This document shows positions 1 to 8,747 of a DNA stretch of 29,856 bases, piece by piece. Source of the DNA: a virus. Its lineage: Duplodnaviria > Caudoviricetes. Position 1 is the stretch's first letter, and each line of letters starts with the position of its first letter. Made by a program: the position numbers and the translations under genes. The notes beneath the pieces are model-generated. The model saw only the letters and a program-made list of their open reading frames with translations, made no database searches and had not been told where the DNA came from. The stretch lies in IMG/VR virus record IMGVR_UViG_3300025862_000015, positions 1 through 29,856 of that record; one strand, 5' to 3'.

Positions 1-221
1 CCTCTATACCAGTCACGCTCATATTTCTCGCCGTTGCCATACTTCGGTTGACCGTCATACGGAGGCGAGGTCACTACAAGATCGACGCTGTTGTCGGGAA
101 GGTTGCGAAGAACCGCCAGGCAGTCGCCAACAACAAGTTCGCCAAGGTCGGTTTTGAATCCACTACTGACCCTCAGCTCGTCTAAGTTCTCGACGAGGAC
201 TAGTTTGGGCTCTTCATTCAT
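1..221 (-). CDS. DNA methyltransferase (N4-C/N6-A, beta class), runs off the window edge
   Basis: Not in the ORF track. Manual translation from ATG 221: MNEEPKLV...GDCLAVLRNLPDNSVDLVVTSPPY (catalytic motif IV near the N-terminus). ATGA overlap with the upstream gene's stop. Confidence 0.85.
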   Translation of the reverse strand, partial: MNEEPKLVLVENLDELRVSSGFKTDLGELVVGDCLAVLRNLPDNSVDLVVTSPPYDGQPKYGNGEKYERDWYR

Positions 222-910
222 TTTTCGATCTCCCAAGACTTCAGTTCGATCCCTTTTGCCCCATAAGCCTCGGATTCGATCCAGCGGTCTTGGCTGGCAT
301 CGGTCGGGTGCAGCTTAAAGAACCCCCAGGGCTTGCCCCTCTTCCAGCCCACGACCCAGGTCCAGGTAGGCTCTAGCAGTGTCAGCATGTGCGTGTGACG
401 CTCGTAGTTGACGCGGACATCGCCTTGCTCTACTGAGTGCTCGATATACAGCCCGTACTCGTCGCGGATGAACTGATTGTAGGGAAAGTAGACACGTTCA
501 AGGTAACCGCCCTTGAGGACTCTCGTAGTAAAAGCCCCTGGGTGATCGTGACTATCCCTACCCTCGTCGCTTCTTGCGATCAGATGCAGAAACCGCGGCC
601 TGAACAATTTCGTCTTTGGCGTCATGAACCAGCGCCGCAGGTAGAGGTCCCCGTTCTCTCCGAGAATGTCCAAGTGGGGCCAGAGCCAAGAGAAAACCGG
701 CAGGAAGAGGCTCGGACTCACAATGAAGAGGAGAACCAGCAGCGGGAAGATGGTCACCGCAACAATCACCTTCAAGGCGACGTACACGTACTTGACGATC
801 TGGCGGATTTGACGCTGATGTGTCTGGTAAAGACTCAGGCACGAGGCCCAGGACGTAATGCAGACGATGGCGGCGGTATAGATGACAATGAACGTGTTGG
901 CAGTGATCAT
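218..910 (-). CDS. Phage hypothetical protein with N-terminal TM segments and a cupin-like His motif
   Basis: Hydrophobic N-terminus. YLRRWF...LH...RSD...HDHP...LKGGY.E pattern seen in phage cupin-like proteins. Confidence 0.6.
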   Translation of the reverse strand: MITANTFIVIYTAAIVCITSWASCLSLYQTHQRQIRQIVKYVYVALKVIVAVTIFPLLVLLFIVSPSLFLPVFSWLWPHLDILGENGDLYLRRWFMTPKTKLFRPRFLHLIARSDEGRDSHDHPGAFTTRVLKGGYLERVYFPYNQFIRDEYGLYIEHSVEQGDVRVNYERHTHMLTLLEPTWTWVVGWKRGKPWGFFKLHPTDASQDRWIESEAYGAKGIELKSWEIEK

Positions 911-920
911 TGTCGTCTCC

Positions 921-1265
921 TTACGGGTTCCAGGCAGGCGGCGACTGCCCCTCTATCTGAGGGATCCAGTGGTTCAGGCTGCACTGCTCGTCGGGATCGA
1001 TGCCGGAGAGCCGGACCTCGGCGACCCGGTTGCCGGGAATTCCGATCGGGGCTACGGTGAGCGACTTTTCGCACTCGAAATAGGCCCACACAGCCACCGC
1101 CTGGTTGTTGTGGAGGTAGATCCAGCGCTCGGTCCCGTGCTGCTCTTGATTCACCACATGTGGTTGCCGAGGCCGGGGGTGTGCGGAGGCGTCATCGCCG
1201 CTTCCGGAGGCCAGGGCCGTCACAATCGTGGCGGCCAGAAGGATTTTGAGGAGTGTCTTGCCCAT
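921..1265 (-). CDS. Secreted hypothetical protein
   Basis: Signal-peptide-like N-terminus MGKTLLKILLAATIVTALA. ATG lies 7 nt after a motif-1 copy. Confidence 0.65.
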   Translation of the reverse strand: MGKTLLKILLAATIVTALASGSGDDASAHPRPRQPHVVNQEQHGTERWIYLHNNQAVAVWAYFECEKSLTVAPIGIPGNRVAEVRLSGIDPDEQCSLNHWIPQIEGQSPPAWNP

Positions 1266-1272
1266 GACCTAT

Positions 1273-1283
1273 CTATAGCGAAC
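1273..1283 (-). promoter_or_regulatory. Motif 1 GTTCGCTATAG
   Basis: 7 nt before ATG 1265. Confidence 0.8.
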
Positions 1284-1554
1284 GTCGGACGGCATTCATC
1301 CCCGGGCACCGCCCGCGGCTCTCTGCCGAGGAAGGGTAGAGGTTGACTACGACGATGCATTCGTAGCCCATGCGCTTAGCGAAGCCCATGCACTTCCGAA
1401 TCGTGGCGTCATCCTTCAATGCGTCCGCCGTCGAAGGGTTCAGCATGATCCAGAGCAGGTAGCCGTGGTCCTGATGGCCCCAGCGCCTGCTGAGCCAGTA
1501 CCGATAGCGCTGATCTGCTGACAGCCCGGCATCCCGAGTGATGCTGTCGGTCAT
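1273..1554 (-). pseudogene. DUF1643-family protein, apparently C-terminally truncated
   Basis: YRYWLSRRWG...WIMLNPSTADA..DDATIRKCMGFAKR.GY...VVNL signature. Family similarity is lost after VVNLYP and the stop is the TAG inside motif 1. Start ATG 1554 overlaps the upstream TGA. Confidence 0.65.
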
Positions 1555-1985
1555 TTTCTGATCCCTCCGCCCTTCGTCTTGCTCGGGCATTTATCGTTTG
1601 AACAATCCAGCGCCGTCGGCGTGATACCGACGTAGGCTGGAGATCCGCAGCGCGGGCACTTTCCGGGGTACCGGGCTGGGGCAGCAACTTGATCACTCCA
1701 GCCCAGGAATACGTACGGCAGAATCACGGGGCGGGAGAGGTCGAATGCGTCTTCGTTCATGTCGACCCATCGGGTGCCGTGGCCGTCGTCGGTGGCGATC
1801 CACATGCTGCCCTGGATCTGCTTAAGGGTGAAGGCGCTATTGCCGGCCCTGCCCCAACTTTGCCCGGGTGCGAACGGACGTATCGTTTTCACTTTGCCGT
1901 AGGTGTGGTGAGTGAGTTCCGTTTCGCAATACCAGATCCCGTCCGGTCTCCGATATTGACTTTGAGAGTCGTAAATCATGGGCAC
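1551..1985 (-). CDS. Hypothetical protein with C-terminal Cys-rich zinc ribbon
   Basis: CPRC...CSNDKC. Tightly packed between neighbours. The start may be ATG 1979. Confidence 0.55.
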   Translation of the reverse strand: MPMIYDSQSQYRRPDGIWYCETELTHHTYGKVKTIRPFAPGQSWGRAGNSAFTLKQIQGSMWIATDDGHGTRWVDMNEDAFDLSRPVILPYVFLGWSDQVAAPARYPGKCPRCGSPAYVGITPTALDCSNDKCPSKTKGGGIRK

Positions 1986-3988
1986 TACCGGATCAGGTAC
2001 TCTTTGATGGCTCCGCGCTTGCCACCATCGGAGTTGACGTTGCGGCGGGCCTGGATCGGTTCGAGGGTGAAGTCGGCTCCGTATAGCTCCTCCACCAATG
2101 GAGCTGACGAATTCGAAAGCAGCACGTGGACGCCCGCCCTCTTCATTCGTAGCGCCATGTCTCGGAGGTCGATCTGGTCCTGGAGGCCGAAGCCGCCAGC
2201 GGTGTAGGCAGTGAAGTTGGAGGTGGCGGTCAGAGGCGCGTACGGAGGATCGAAATAGCAGAAGTCACCAGGCTCCGCCCACCTCTCCGTCATTCGGAAG
2301 TCGTCGCTACTGAGTCCTGCATTGTGCAGGGCCTTGGAGACCTCCCTCAGGTTACTCTCGTCGCAGATCTTCGGGTCCTTATACTTGCCGAAGGGTGCGT
2401 TGAAGCCACCGCTCTTGTTGACCCGGTAGAGGCCGTTGAAACAATTGTGCGACACAACTCCGTCGACGCAGACGAGGTGGTCTCCGTCGACCTCTACGTT
2501 GTAAACGATGCCGTCATAATCTAGGTCCGTGATCTCCCTTACCCGAACGATTAGGTACCCGTCGATAATTCTTCGCTGAACGGGGCGGCGCCTCTTTGTC
2601 GGCCGGAGGGGGAAGCCTAGGGTGGCAACGTCATCCCCAGAAAGCCTGACGTGGGCGGTAGCATTATCGACCAGCGTACCGTCGAGATGGTGAGTCGAGC
2701 CTTTGGGGTGAGATATGTGCCAGGACGGCTTGAGTCCACAGCGCTGAGCTATCCGGTACATCTGCCTGGCCATAGGGAGTACGGTGCACGTACCGGTCAA
2801 CTCAGTGCTGTTTTGCTTGGCCCTGTACCGACAGCCCCCATCGCCTCGGTACCAGCCCGTCAGGATCTCAATTTGGGTTTCGACCGGAGAGGTCAAGAGC
2901 GAGGGGTGAAGCCGCTTTGTTTTTCTTTCGAGGGGGTCCTCAGCCCAGGACTGTCCTGGGACCAGGGCTGTCACGAATGTGGCGACATGCACCGAGCACA
3001 GCTCAACAACATATTTGCGTCCAACGCCCTTTCTAACTGCAGGCGCCTTGCCGAATAAGCGCTTGCAGATAGCCTCCAGGTCGGCGACGTGAGTGTCGCG
3101 CTCGTGCTCGCCGAAGGTCCATGTGAGCCCCCGAAGGTTCCCCCGAGTACCGTCAGGTCGGCGTTCTTGGTACGAGGCGCTCCCTTCGGCGGCGTAGTAC
3201 CCAAGCAGCCTGGCGATGTCTCTGTCGGCCGCGTCGGGAGACAGTCGAGTCTTGACTGCCTGGGGGCCGAAGGCGGAGTCGTCAGGCCAAAAGCTGTGCC
3301 AGTCGATCGGTTCGACAGCCGTGCCGGAAGTTGGTAGACAAACATAATCGCCAACACGTAGGTCGCCGGAGGAAACGAGGCGCATGCCGTCACGGAGACC
3401 CCTGGCGGAGCGTTGCTCTTGGCGCCCCTTCGGGCCACTTATCGACAAAACCGGATGGTCTGCCGTCACGGACATCGTCCAGGGATTGCCTTGGACCTTA
3501 ATTCGTCGCACGGTGCCCGTGTACGGCTGCCGAAGGATCTCATGGACGATTCGACCATTCCACAGCCTATCGCCCACACGGATTGTTTCGATATCGGAGG
3601 TAGTTTCGTCCTCCCGAAGAACCTGAGACCCTGGAGTAAAGCAGGTTTTGTTCAAGTAGATGGTACGGGCAGCGCGCAGAATGGGATCGGCTGCGATTCG
3701 TTGGTCGGCCCGAATCTCGTAGAAGGCCTCTGGCGTGTTTGGATAGTCACCGCCCCCAAGCTCTTCGATCAAGCACTCGGGTCGATGCTGTATCACCCGA
3801 TACAGGTTGATCAACTCCTCGTTCGAGTCGGTGAGATGAGCGCTCTTCGGATTTAGGGCGAAAAAGAACGCGCCACCACCGACAAAGGGCTCAAAGTAGG
3901 TGCCATAGTTGGTCGGTACTCGGGCAAGAAGCTCGGGCAGGAGCTGGCGCTTTCCGCCTACCCACTTCAAGGGTGGCCTGACTGTCAT
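1985..3988 (-). CDS. dam: Dam-like (D12 class) DNA adenine methyltransferase containing an intein
   Basis: PLKWVGGK, YFEPFVGGG and YFDPPY motifs. Extein is 267 aa after removing a 400-aa intein. Confidence 0.92.
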   Translation of the reverse strand: MTVRPPLKWVGGKRQLLPELLARVPTNYGTYFEPFVGGGAFFFALNPKSAHLTDSNEELINLYRVIQHRPECLIEELGGGDYPNTPEAFYEIRADQRIAADPILRAARTIYLNKTCFTPGSQVLREDETTSDIETIRVGDRLWNGRIVHEILRQPYTGTVRRIKVQGNPWTMSVTADHPVLSISGPKGRQEQRSARGLRDGMRLVSSGDLRVGDYVCLPTSGTAVEPIDWHSFWPDDSAFGPQAVKTRLSPDAADRDIARLLGYYAAEGSASYQERRPDGTRGNLRGLTWTFGEHERDTHVADLEAICKRLFGKAPAVRKGVGRKYVVELCSVHVATFVTALVPGQSWAEDPLERKTKRLHPSLLTSPVETQIEILTGWYRGDGGCRYRAKQNSTELTGTCTVLPMARQMYRIAQRCGLKPSWHISHPKGSTHHLDGTLVDNATAHVRLSGDDVATLGFPLRPTKRRRPVQRRIIDGYLIVRVREITDLDYDGIVYNVEVDGDHLVCVDGVVSHNCFNGLYRVNKSGGFNAPFGKYKDPKICDESNLREVSKALHNAGLSSDDFRMTERWAEPGDFCYFDPPYAPLTATSNFTAYTAGGFGLQDQIDLRDMALRMKRAGVHVLLSNSSAPLVEELYGADFTLEPIQARRNVNSDGGKRGAIKEYLIR
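2444..3643 (-). mobile_element. Intein with LAGLIDADG homing endonuclease, in Dam
   Basis: N-junction NKT|CFTPG, block B VTADHP, LLGYYAAEG and ILTGWYRGDG motifs, C-junction VVSHN|CFNGLY. Confidence 0.92.
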
Positions 3989-4502
3989 TGTCTTGACTCC
4001 GTTGGTGTGTCTGTTTTGAGGGCGGGAAAGTTCAGAACTGCAAACTCTCCCCAGGCGGCGAACGCTGCTAGGTCGTAGGCCTTGGCGGCTTCAATCGGGT
4101 CGTCGAAGAAGCCAAGAGAGCGCCGCTCGCCACTGACTCCCAGGCGAGCGAACCACTTGCCGGCAGCCCTGTGCCAGCTCACCCCCTGTAGCCACTGGTG
4201 TTGTTGACTTGAAGGTCCTTGTTGGCTTCGTTCTGGCTACCAGACGCCTGGCGCAGGTTGTCCCGGTGATTGTTCAAGCCGTCCCGGTCTTTGTGGTCTG
4301 GAGGCCCGGAGATCCCCATGCGGCGAGCGATGACCCGGTGGAGAAGTAGCGTCGTCTGCCTGCCATCGGGCTTGGGGACGTTGCGCTTCGCGTAGAAGGT
4401 CTTGTTATTCTTCCCCTTCCACGTGTGCCACTTGAACGCACCCAAGTCCGCGTCGACGTCATCGATCGTCGTGACTTTGCCCTGGGTGAGCTGGATCTCC
4501 AT
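3985..4502 (-). pseudogene. HNH-AP2 endonuclease split by a 1-nt frameshift near 4182-4187
   Basis: Frame 1 has PDHKDRDGLNNHRDNLR...NNTSGYRG. Frame 2 continues VSWH...IEAAKAYDLAAFAAWGEFAVLNFP. The paralog at 16984-17505 is continuous here. Confidence 0.8.
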
Positions 4503-4753
4503 TACGCGACCGCGGCGATTGGGGCTACGGTCTCGGCGGTCGGCTTCTTACGGGACTCTGCGACAATCGCCTTAGCCTCGGCGACGGCGCCCTCGACGGC
4601 CAGGACGCTGGCGAGCGAGCTTCCGAACTTGGGCCGACCCCGATGCTTCGACTTGATGATGGTGTCGGGCCGTAGCTTGCGGATCTGGCGTGCGGTCCAG
4701 CCTCGGGCCTTGAGGTCTTCGCGGGTGAGGACTGTGACGAGTTCGTTTTCCAT
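4502..4753 (-). CDS. Small basic hypothetical protein
   Basis: 83 aa. Abuts both neighbours. GGAG upstream. Confidence 0.55.
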   Translation of the reverse strand: MENELVTVLTREDLKARGWTARQIRKLRPDTIIKSKHRGRPKFGSSLASVLAVEGAVAEAKAIVAESRKKPTAETVAPIAAVA

Positions 4754-4756
4754 GAT

Positions 4757-5173
4757 CTAGGTCTCCGTGGCTTCGTTGTCGGTCGGGGCGGCGGCCAGCT
4801 CCAGCAATTCGGCAAGGACGTAGAGTTCGTGAGCAACGGCTTCACGGTTGGGGAAGTAGTCATTCGATTCGACCAAGTCGCCTACCACCTTGTCGACCGG
4901 CTTTGCCAAGGACGCAACTCCGCAGACATCTTCGAGGGCTGTGGAGCTATTGCTGTACGAGAGCTGCCCGTTGTCCCCTGGCTGGCCCTTCACCAGATCC
5001 GTGAGCCCGGCCCGATGGATCACCTGGCCGATGACGCAGCAGGGGGTCTTGACCCCATCCTTCATCCGAAACACGTGACCGGATTCGAATGGGTAGGGGG
5101 GGTCCTGCCGGTCAGTCATCAGCTCGCGGGCGACAGCTCGGGCGGCCTTTGCCAATTTGATCTCGTTTGCCAT
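4757..5173 (-). CDS. Hypothetical protein (start revised to MANEIKL)
   Basis: ATG 5173 lies 7 nt after motif 1. The longer track ORF overlaps the upstream gene. Confidence 0.65.
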   Translation of the reverse strand: MANEIKLAKAARAVARELMTDRQDPPYPFESGHVFRMKDGVKTPCCVIGQVIHRAGLTDLVKGQPGDNGQLSYSNSSTALEDVCGVASLAKPVDKVVGDLVESNDYFPNREAVAHELYVLAELLELAAAPTDNEATET

Positions 5174-5180
5174 GAACAGC

Positions 5181-5191
5181 CTATAGCGAAC
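5181..5191 (-). promoter_or_regulatory. Motif 1 GTTCGCTATAG
   Basis: 7 nt before ATG 5173. Confidence 0.8.
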
Positions 5192-5192
5192 G

Positions 5193-5666
5193 CTAGGCTG
5201 CCATTTTCGTGACGGACTTCGAGGTCCGCTGCATACGTCTCCACTTCGCAAGTCCGCGCTTCGCGAAGCGCTCGGCGTCGATCTCGGCGGGGATCGACTC
5301 CTCGGCGGAGAACGTGCCGTGCTCGAATTGCCACACGTGCCTAGCCTCGTGCAAGAGGGTGAGCAACACCTCTTCATCCCAACTCTCGATCTTGGTTCCG
5401 CCTACGGCCGCGTCCACTTCGGGAACGGAATGGCAATTGATGTGGGGATAAACCTGGTCTCCGCGGCTCACTCCCAGGAAGACGATGCTCACGATGCCTT
5501 GGCTGTAGGTGATGCCGCCGGTACGGCAGCCCGGCTTCATCATGTCGCTGACGACGAATTTCACGCGCTTGGCGTCAGGGATTTGACTGAACACGAACTC
5601 AAAGAGGTGTTCGAACTTGGAGGCTCTGTGGAACGCCGATTCGTAGGAGACCCGACCGATGGACAT
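5193..5666 (-). CDS. Putative zincin metallopeptidase-like protein
   Basis: LLHEARHVWQ (HExxH) with downstream EIDAE. ATG 7 nt after motif 1. Confidence 0.65.
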   Translation of the reverse strand: MSIGRVSYESAFHRASKFEHLFEFVFSQIPDAKRVKFVVSDMMKPGCRTGGITYSQGIVSIVFLGVSRGDQVYPHINCHSVPEVDAAVGGTKIESWDEEVLLTLLHEARHVWQFEHGTFSAEESIPAEIDAERFAKRGLAKWRRMQRTSKSVTKMAA

Positions 5667-5673
5667 ACCCAGC

Positions 5674-5684
5674 CTATAGCGAAC
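5674..5684 (-). promoter_or_regulatory. Motif 1 GTTCGCTATAG
   Basis: 7 nt before ATG 5666. Divergent pair with the copy at 5723. Confidence 0.8.
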
Positions 5685-5722
5685 GAGTCCATCGTGCTGC
5701 GTCGCGGTAACTGCATGACCCC

Positions 5723-5733
5723 GTTCGCTATAG
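5723..5733 (+). promoter_or_regulatory. Motif 1 GTTCGCTATAG
   Basis: 7 nt before ATG 5741. Confidence 0.8.
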
Positions 5734-5740
5734 ACCTCAC

Positions 5741-8083
5741 ATGGACGCCCTCTTCCGCGAGATCCACGCCCACCCCTACATCTCCCTCGGTGTCGTTTCC
5801 TTCCTCGTCTTCACCTCGCCCATGATGGCCGCCCTCCGCGCCGTCGCAAGGAAGGTCGGAGAGAAGGTGTTGAGCGTGGCCGGCAGTCTGGCGATCACCT
5901 CTATCGAGCTAAGCGACACCACGACGACCGATGCCGTCTCAAGGTACCTCAGCCAAAACGGCCGCACTCATTCGGTAGGCGGCGAATGTTATGACATGAC
6001 GCCAAGGACCATCGAAGCCAGCGGCAAGGTTCGCCACATTTTCTATCGCAATGTCGCCGAATCCCTGAGCCTCTACTTCTACAAGGGGGCCCCGATCCTG
6101 ATCACTCCGGTCGCCCGTGACACTGAAGGGGACGTAACCAAGCGGGCCCGAATGCGTTTCATCAATGGGACCGTTGACATGAAGGTGCTTCTCACTGAAG
6201 CCGGGGCCTATCTCGATAGCGTCCAGGAAGAGGCAAGTCGCAACAACCGCGCCTTCTCGATCACGACCCTGTCTCCCGACCCCTCAGGAAGTGGAATATC
6301 GACGGACGGCGGGCTCAAATCTACCTCGGAAGGCTTTTGGGATGGCCGCGGCGAGCCTGTCAACTACGACCCTGCGGAGTTCCCCGTCGCCCGTACCTCG
6401 ACGTTCTCTCACCGGCTGTCTTTTACGGACGCCCACCGTCAGCTCTTCCAGGACGTTCGCTTCTGGAAGGAGAACAGGCAGTGGTACATCGACTCCGAGT
6501 TGGAGTACAAGCGCGGCTACCTGCTCTATGGCAATCCGGGCACCGGCAAGTGCCTGGGCAAGGGGACGCCGATACTCATGTACGACGGAACTATCAGGCC
6601 AGTCGAGGAAGTGTCCGATGGGGACCGCGTAATGGGTCCCGACTCCCTCCCGAAGACAGTCAGGGGCGTCACACGCGGCACGGAGACCATGTACAAGGTG
6701 AACCCCATAAAGGGCGATCCTTATATTGTAAATGAATCCCACATCCTGTCGGTCAAGAAGGACGGCCTATTGGTCAATCTCTCGGTCCGCGACTGGCTAG
6801 GCGCGGACCCTACATTTCGAGCGAGGGCCAAGGGCTGGCGAACGAAGGTCGACTTCCCCTCCCACAATGTACCGATCGACCCCTACCTACTGGGGCTCTG
6901 GTTGGGTGACGGGACCGCTAGTAAGGCCGACGTGACGACTATGGACCCTGAGATTGAAGATTTTCTTCGCAAGAGCTGCGAGTCCATGGGGCTGCATCTA
7001 CACGAGGGGCCGCCGTCGGGGAGGGCCACGACATGGAGCTTCTCTACGGAGGACCGTGGAGGCAAAGGGCAGCCGAAGGGTACGCGAAATATCATGCGCC
7101 AGACATTGAGGGCGCTGAATGTTTGGGAAAACAAGCACGTACCGCACATCTACAAGGTGAACTCGCGGGAGCAACGATTACGACTTCTGGCGGGACTGAT
7201 CGACACTGATGGCTCATTGAACGATGGCGGCTTCGAGATAACGCAGAAGAGCCACCGCCTTGCAGACGACATCGCCTTCGTTGCCCGGAGCCTCGGATTC
7301 GCCGCATACGTAAAGCCCTCGGTCAAGGTCTGCTGCAATTCTGCCACCAGGGCAATGGGGACCTACTACCGAGTCTCCATTTCTGGGGACCTGTCGTGCG
7401 TCCCCACGCTCTTGGCAAGAAAACAGGCACCTCCGCGCCGCCAGGTGAAGGACGTGCTTGTCACCGGGATTTCCGTAGAAAAGCTGGGGATGGGTGAGTA
7501 CTTCGGCTTCGAGGTTGACGGCGACGGCCTGTTTCTGTTGGGGGACTTTACCGTCACCCACAACACGAGCCTGATTTCGGCCATTGCCCATGACCTGGAC
7601 ATCCCCGTTGTCATCATCAACCTTGCCGGAATGTCAGACGCCCAATTCATCCGGGCCTGGAAGCAAGGTGGGTCTTCCAGTCAGAGGATCGTTCTCTTCG
7701 AGGATTTTGACACCGTCTTCCACGGCCGCAAGAACGTGACCGGGACCTTGAACTTCACCACGGTCCTGAACGCGATCGATGGCATCCAGGGGAATGCCGG
7801 ATGCCTGTTGTACATCACCACGAACCACATCGAGCACGTTGACGAGGCGATCGGGCGCCCGGATGAGAACGGCGAGTCCACGAGGGCCGGCCGGGTCGAC
7901 GTCATCATCGAGATCCCGGAATTGGACTACGAGGGCCGGCTAAAGATCTGCAAGCGCATCCTGCGAGATGATGACGAGGCCAAGAAGATGGCCGACAGTT
8001 CCCCGCACACCGAGAACCCCAGTCGTTTGACCGAGCGGTGCAAGCGCCGGGCTTTGGAGCTGCTCTGGGACCGGAAGCGATGA
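5741..8083 (+). CDS. BCS1-like AAA+ ATPase with N-terminal TM helix, containing an intein
   Basis: YKRGYLLYGNPGTGK/TS (Walker A), IVLFEDFD (Walker B), VLNAIDG, YITTNH, GRVD. Confidence 0.88.
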   Translation: MDALFREIHAHPYISLGVVSFLVFTSPMMAALRAVARKVGEKVLSVAGSLAITSIELSDTTTTDAVSRYLSQNGRTHSVGGECYDMTPRTIEASGKVRHIFYRNVAESLSLYFYKGAPILITPVARDTEGDVTKRARMRFINGTVDMKVLLTEAGAYLDSVQEEASRNNRAFSITTLSPDPSGSGISTDGGLKSTSEGFWDGRGEPVNYDPAEFPVARTSTFSHRLSFTDAHRQLFQDVRFWKENRQWYIDSELEYKRGYLLYGNPGTGKCLGKGTPILMYDGTIRPVEEVSDGDRVMGPDSLPKTVRGVTRGTETMYKVNPIKGDPYIVNESHILSVKKDGLLVNLSVRDWLGADPTFRARAKGWRTKVDFPSHNVPIDPYLLGLWLGDGTASKADVTTMDPEIEDFLRKSCESMGLHLHEGPPSGRATTWSFSTEDRGGKGQPKGTRNIMRQTLRALNVWENKHVPHIYKVNSREQRLRLLAGLIDTDGSLNDGGFEITQKSHRLADDIAFVARSLGFAAYVKPSVKVCCNSATRAMGTYYRVSISGDLSCVPTLLARKQAPPRRQVKDVLVTGISVEKLGMGEYFGFEVDGDGLFLLGDFTVTHNTSLISAIAHDLDIPVVIINLAGMSDAQFIRAWKQGGSSSQRIVLFEDFDTVFHGRKNVTGTLNFTTVLNAIDGIQGNAGCLLYITTNHIEHVDEAIGRPDENGESTRAGRVDVIIEIPELDYEGRLKICKRILRDDDEAKKMADSSPHTENPSRLTERCKRRALELLWDRKR
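6551..7564 (+). mobile_element. Intein with LAGLIDADG endonuclease inserted in Walker A
   Basis: GK|CLGKGTP, VNESHIL, LLGLWLGDG, LLAGLIDTDG, VTHN|TSL. 338 aa. Confidence 0.93.
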
Positions 8084-8271
8084 AGTTCAGCGAGAAATAC
8101 CCGGGCGTCGAGATGTTCCAAGAACCAATGCAGTGCATCTACGTGGCGCCAGACTATTATCCTTGTCGGGAGTGCCAGGCGCCGACCCGGTTCATCGACT
8201 ACATGGACTGGCGCGGACCTCGGCCCATCTGTTCCGAGGAGTGTGCGTTCGAGGCAATCCGGGCACCGTAG
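8080..8271 (+). CDS. Small zinc-finger-like protein
   Basis: ATGA overlap with the ATPase stop. CREC...CSEEC. 63 aa. Confidence 0.6.
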   Translation: MKFSEKYPGVEMFQEPMQCIYVAPDYYPCRECQAPTRFIDYMDWRGPRPICSEECAFEAIRAP

Positions 8272-8274
8272 GGC

Positions 8275-8285
8275 GTTCGCTATAG
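8275..8285 (+). promoter_or_regulatory. Motif 1 GTTCGCTATAG
   Basis: 7 nt before ATG 8293. Confidence 0.8.
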
Positions 8286-8292
8286 GTAGATC

Positions 8293-8361
8293 ATGCCCAA
8301 GACTGGGCACAACGACACCACCCACAGAGAGAAGAGGAAAAATCATGGAGACCGAGATTGA
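8293..8361 (+). CDS. Possible leaderless 22-aa peptide / upstream ORF
   Basis: ATG exactly 7 nt after motif 1. MPKTGHNDTTHREKRKNHGDRD. Overlaps the RBS and start of the next gene. Confidence 0.3.
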   Translation: MPKTGHNDTTHREKRKNHGDRD

Positions 8362-8644
8362 GGTTGGAAGCATCCCGAACCGAAACGGCTTCGACGTCCA
8401 CGTAGACGGCGAGGATGTCTTCATCACGCAGTACAACGGCGGCGGCGAGCGCGCTGATGTGATTGCGATCCACGTCAGCGACGTCCCAACCCTCATCAGT
8501 CTCCTTGTCGATGCCAGCGACGCGTCCGCCGCCGAGATCGAGGAGTCGATCTTCGACGAGGCCTGCGAGGATGAGACCTGCTGCCCGCGCCAGCCCACCC
8601 ACGACTGCTGTGGCGCGATCGACCGTTCCGGAGAGATGCGGTAG
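8345..8644 (+). CDS. Acidic hypothetical protein with Cys-rich tail (start revised to METEIEV)
   Basis: GAGG RBS upstream of ATG 8345. 99 aa. Confidence 0.6.
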   Translation: METEIEVGSIPNRNGFDVHVDGEDVFITQYNGGGERADVIAIHVSDVPTLISLLVDASDASAAEIEESIFDEACEDETCCPRQPTHDCCGAIDRSGEMR

Positions 8645-8653
8645 CACGTTTGC

Positions 8654-8724
8654 GGGCTGCTAGTTCAACGGGAGAACACTGGTCTTGCAAACCGGAGATG
8701 AGGGTCCGATTCCCTCGCGGTCCA
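8654..8724 (+). tRNA. tRNA-Ala(UGC)
   Basis: Acceptor GGGCTGC/GCGGTCC with G3:U70. Anticodon arm CTGGT-CTTGCAA-ACCGG. T arm GAGGG-TCCGATT-CCCTC. CCA not encoded. Confidence 0.85.
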
Positions 8725-8747
8725 CACATCCGACAGGGTCCACGAAC

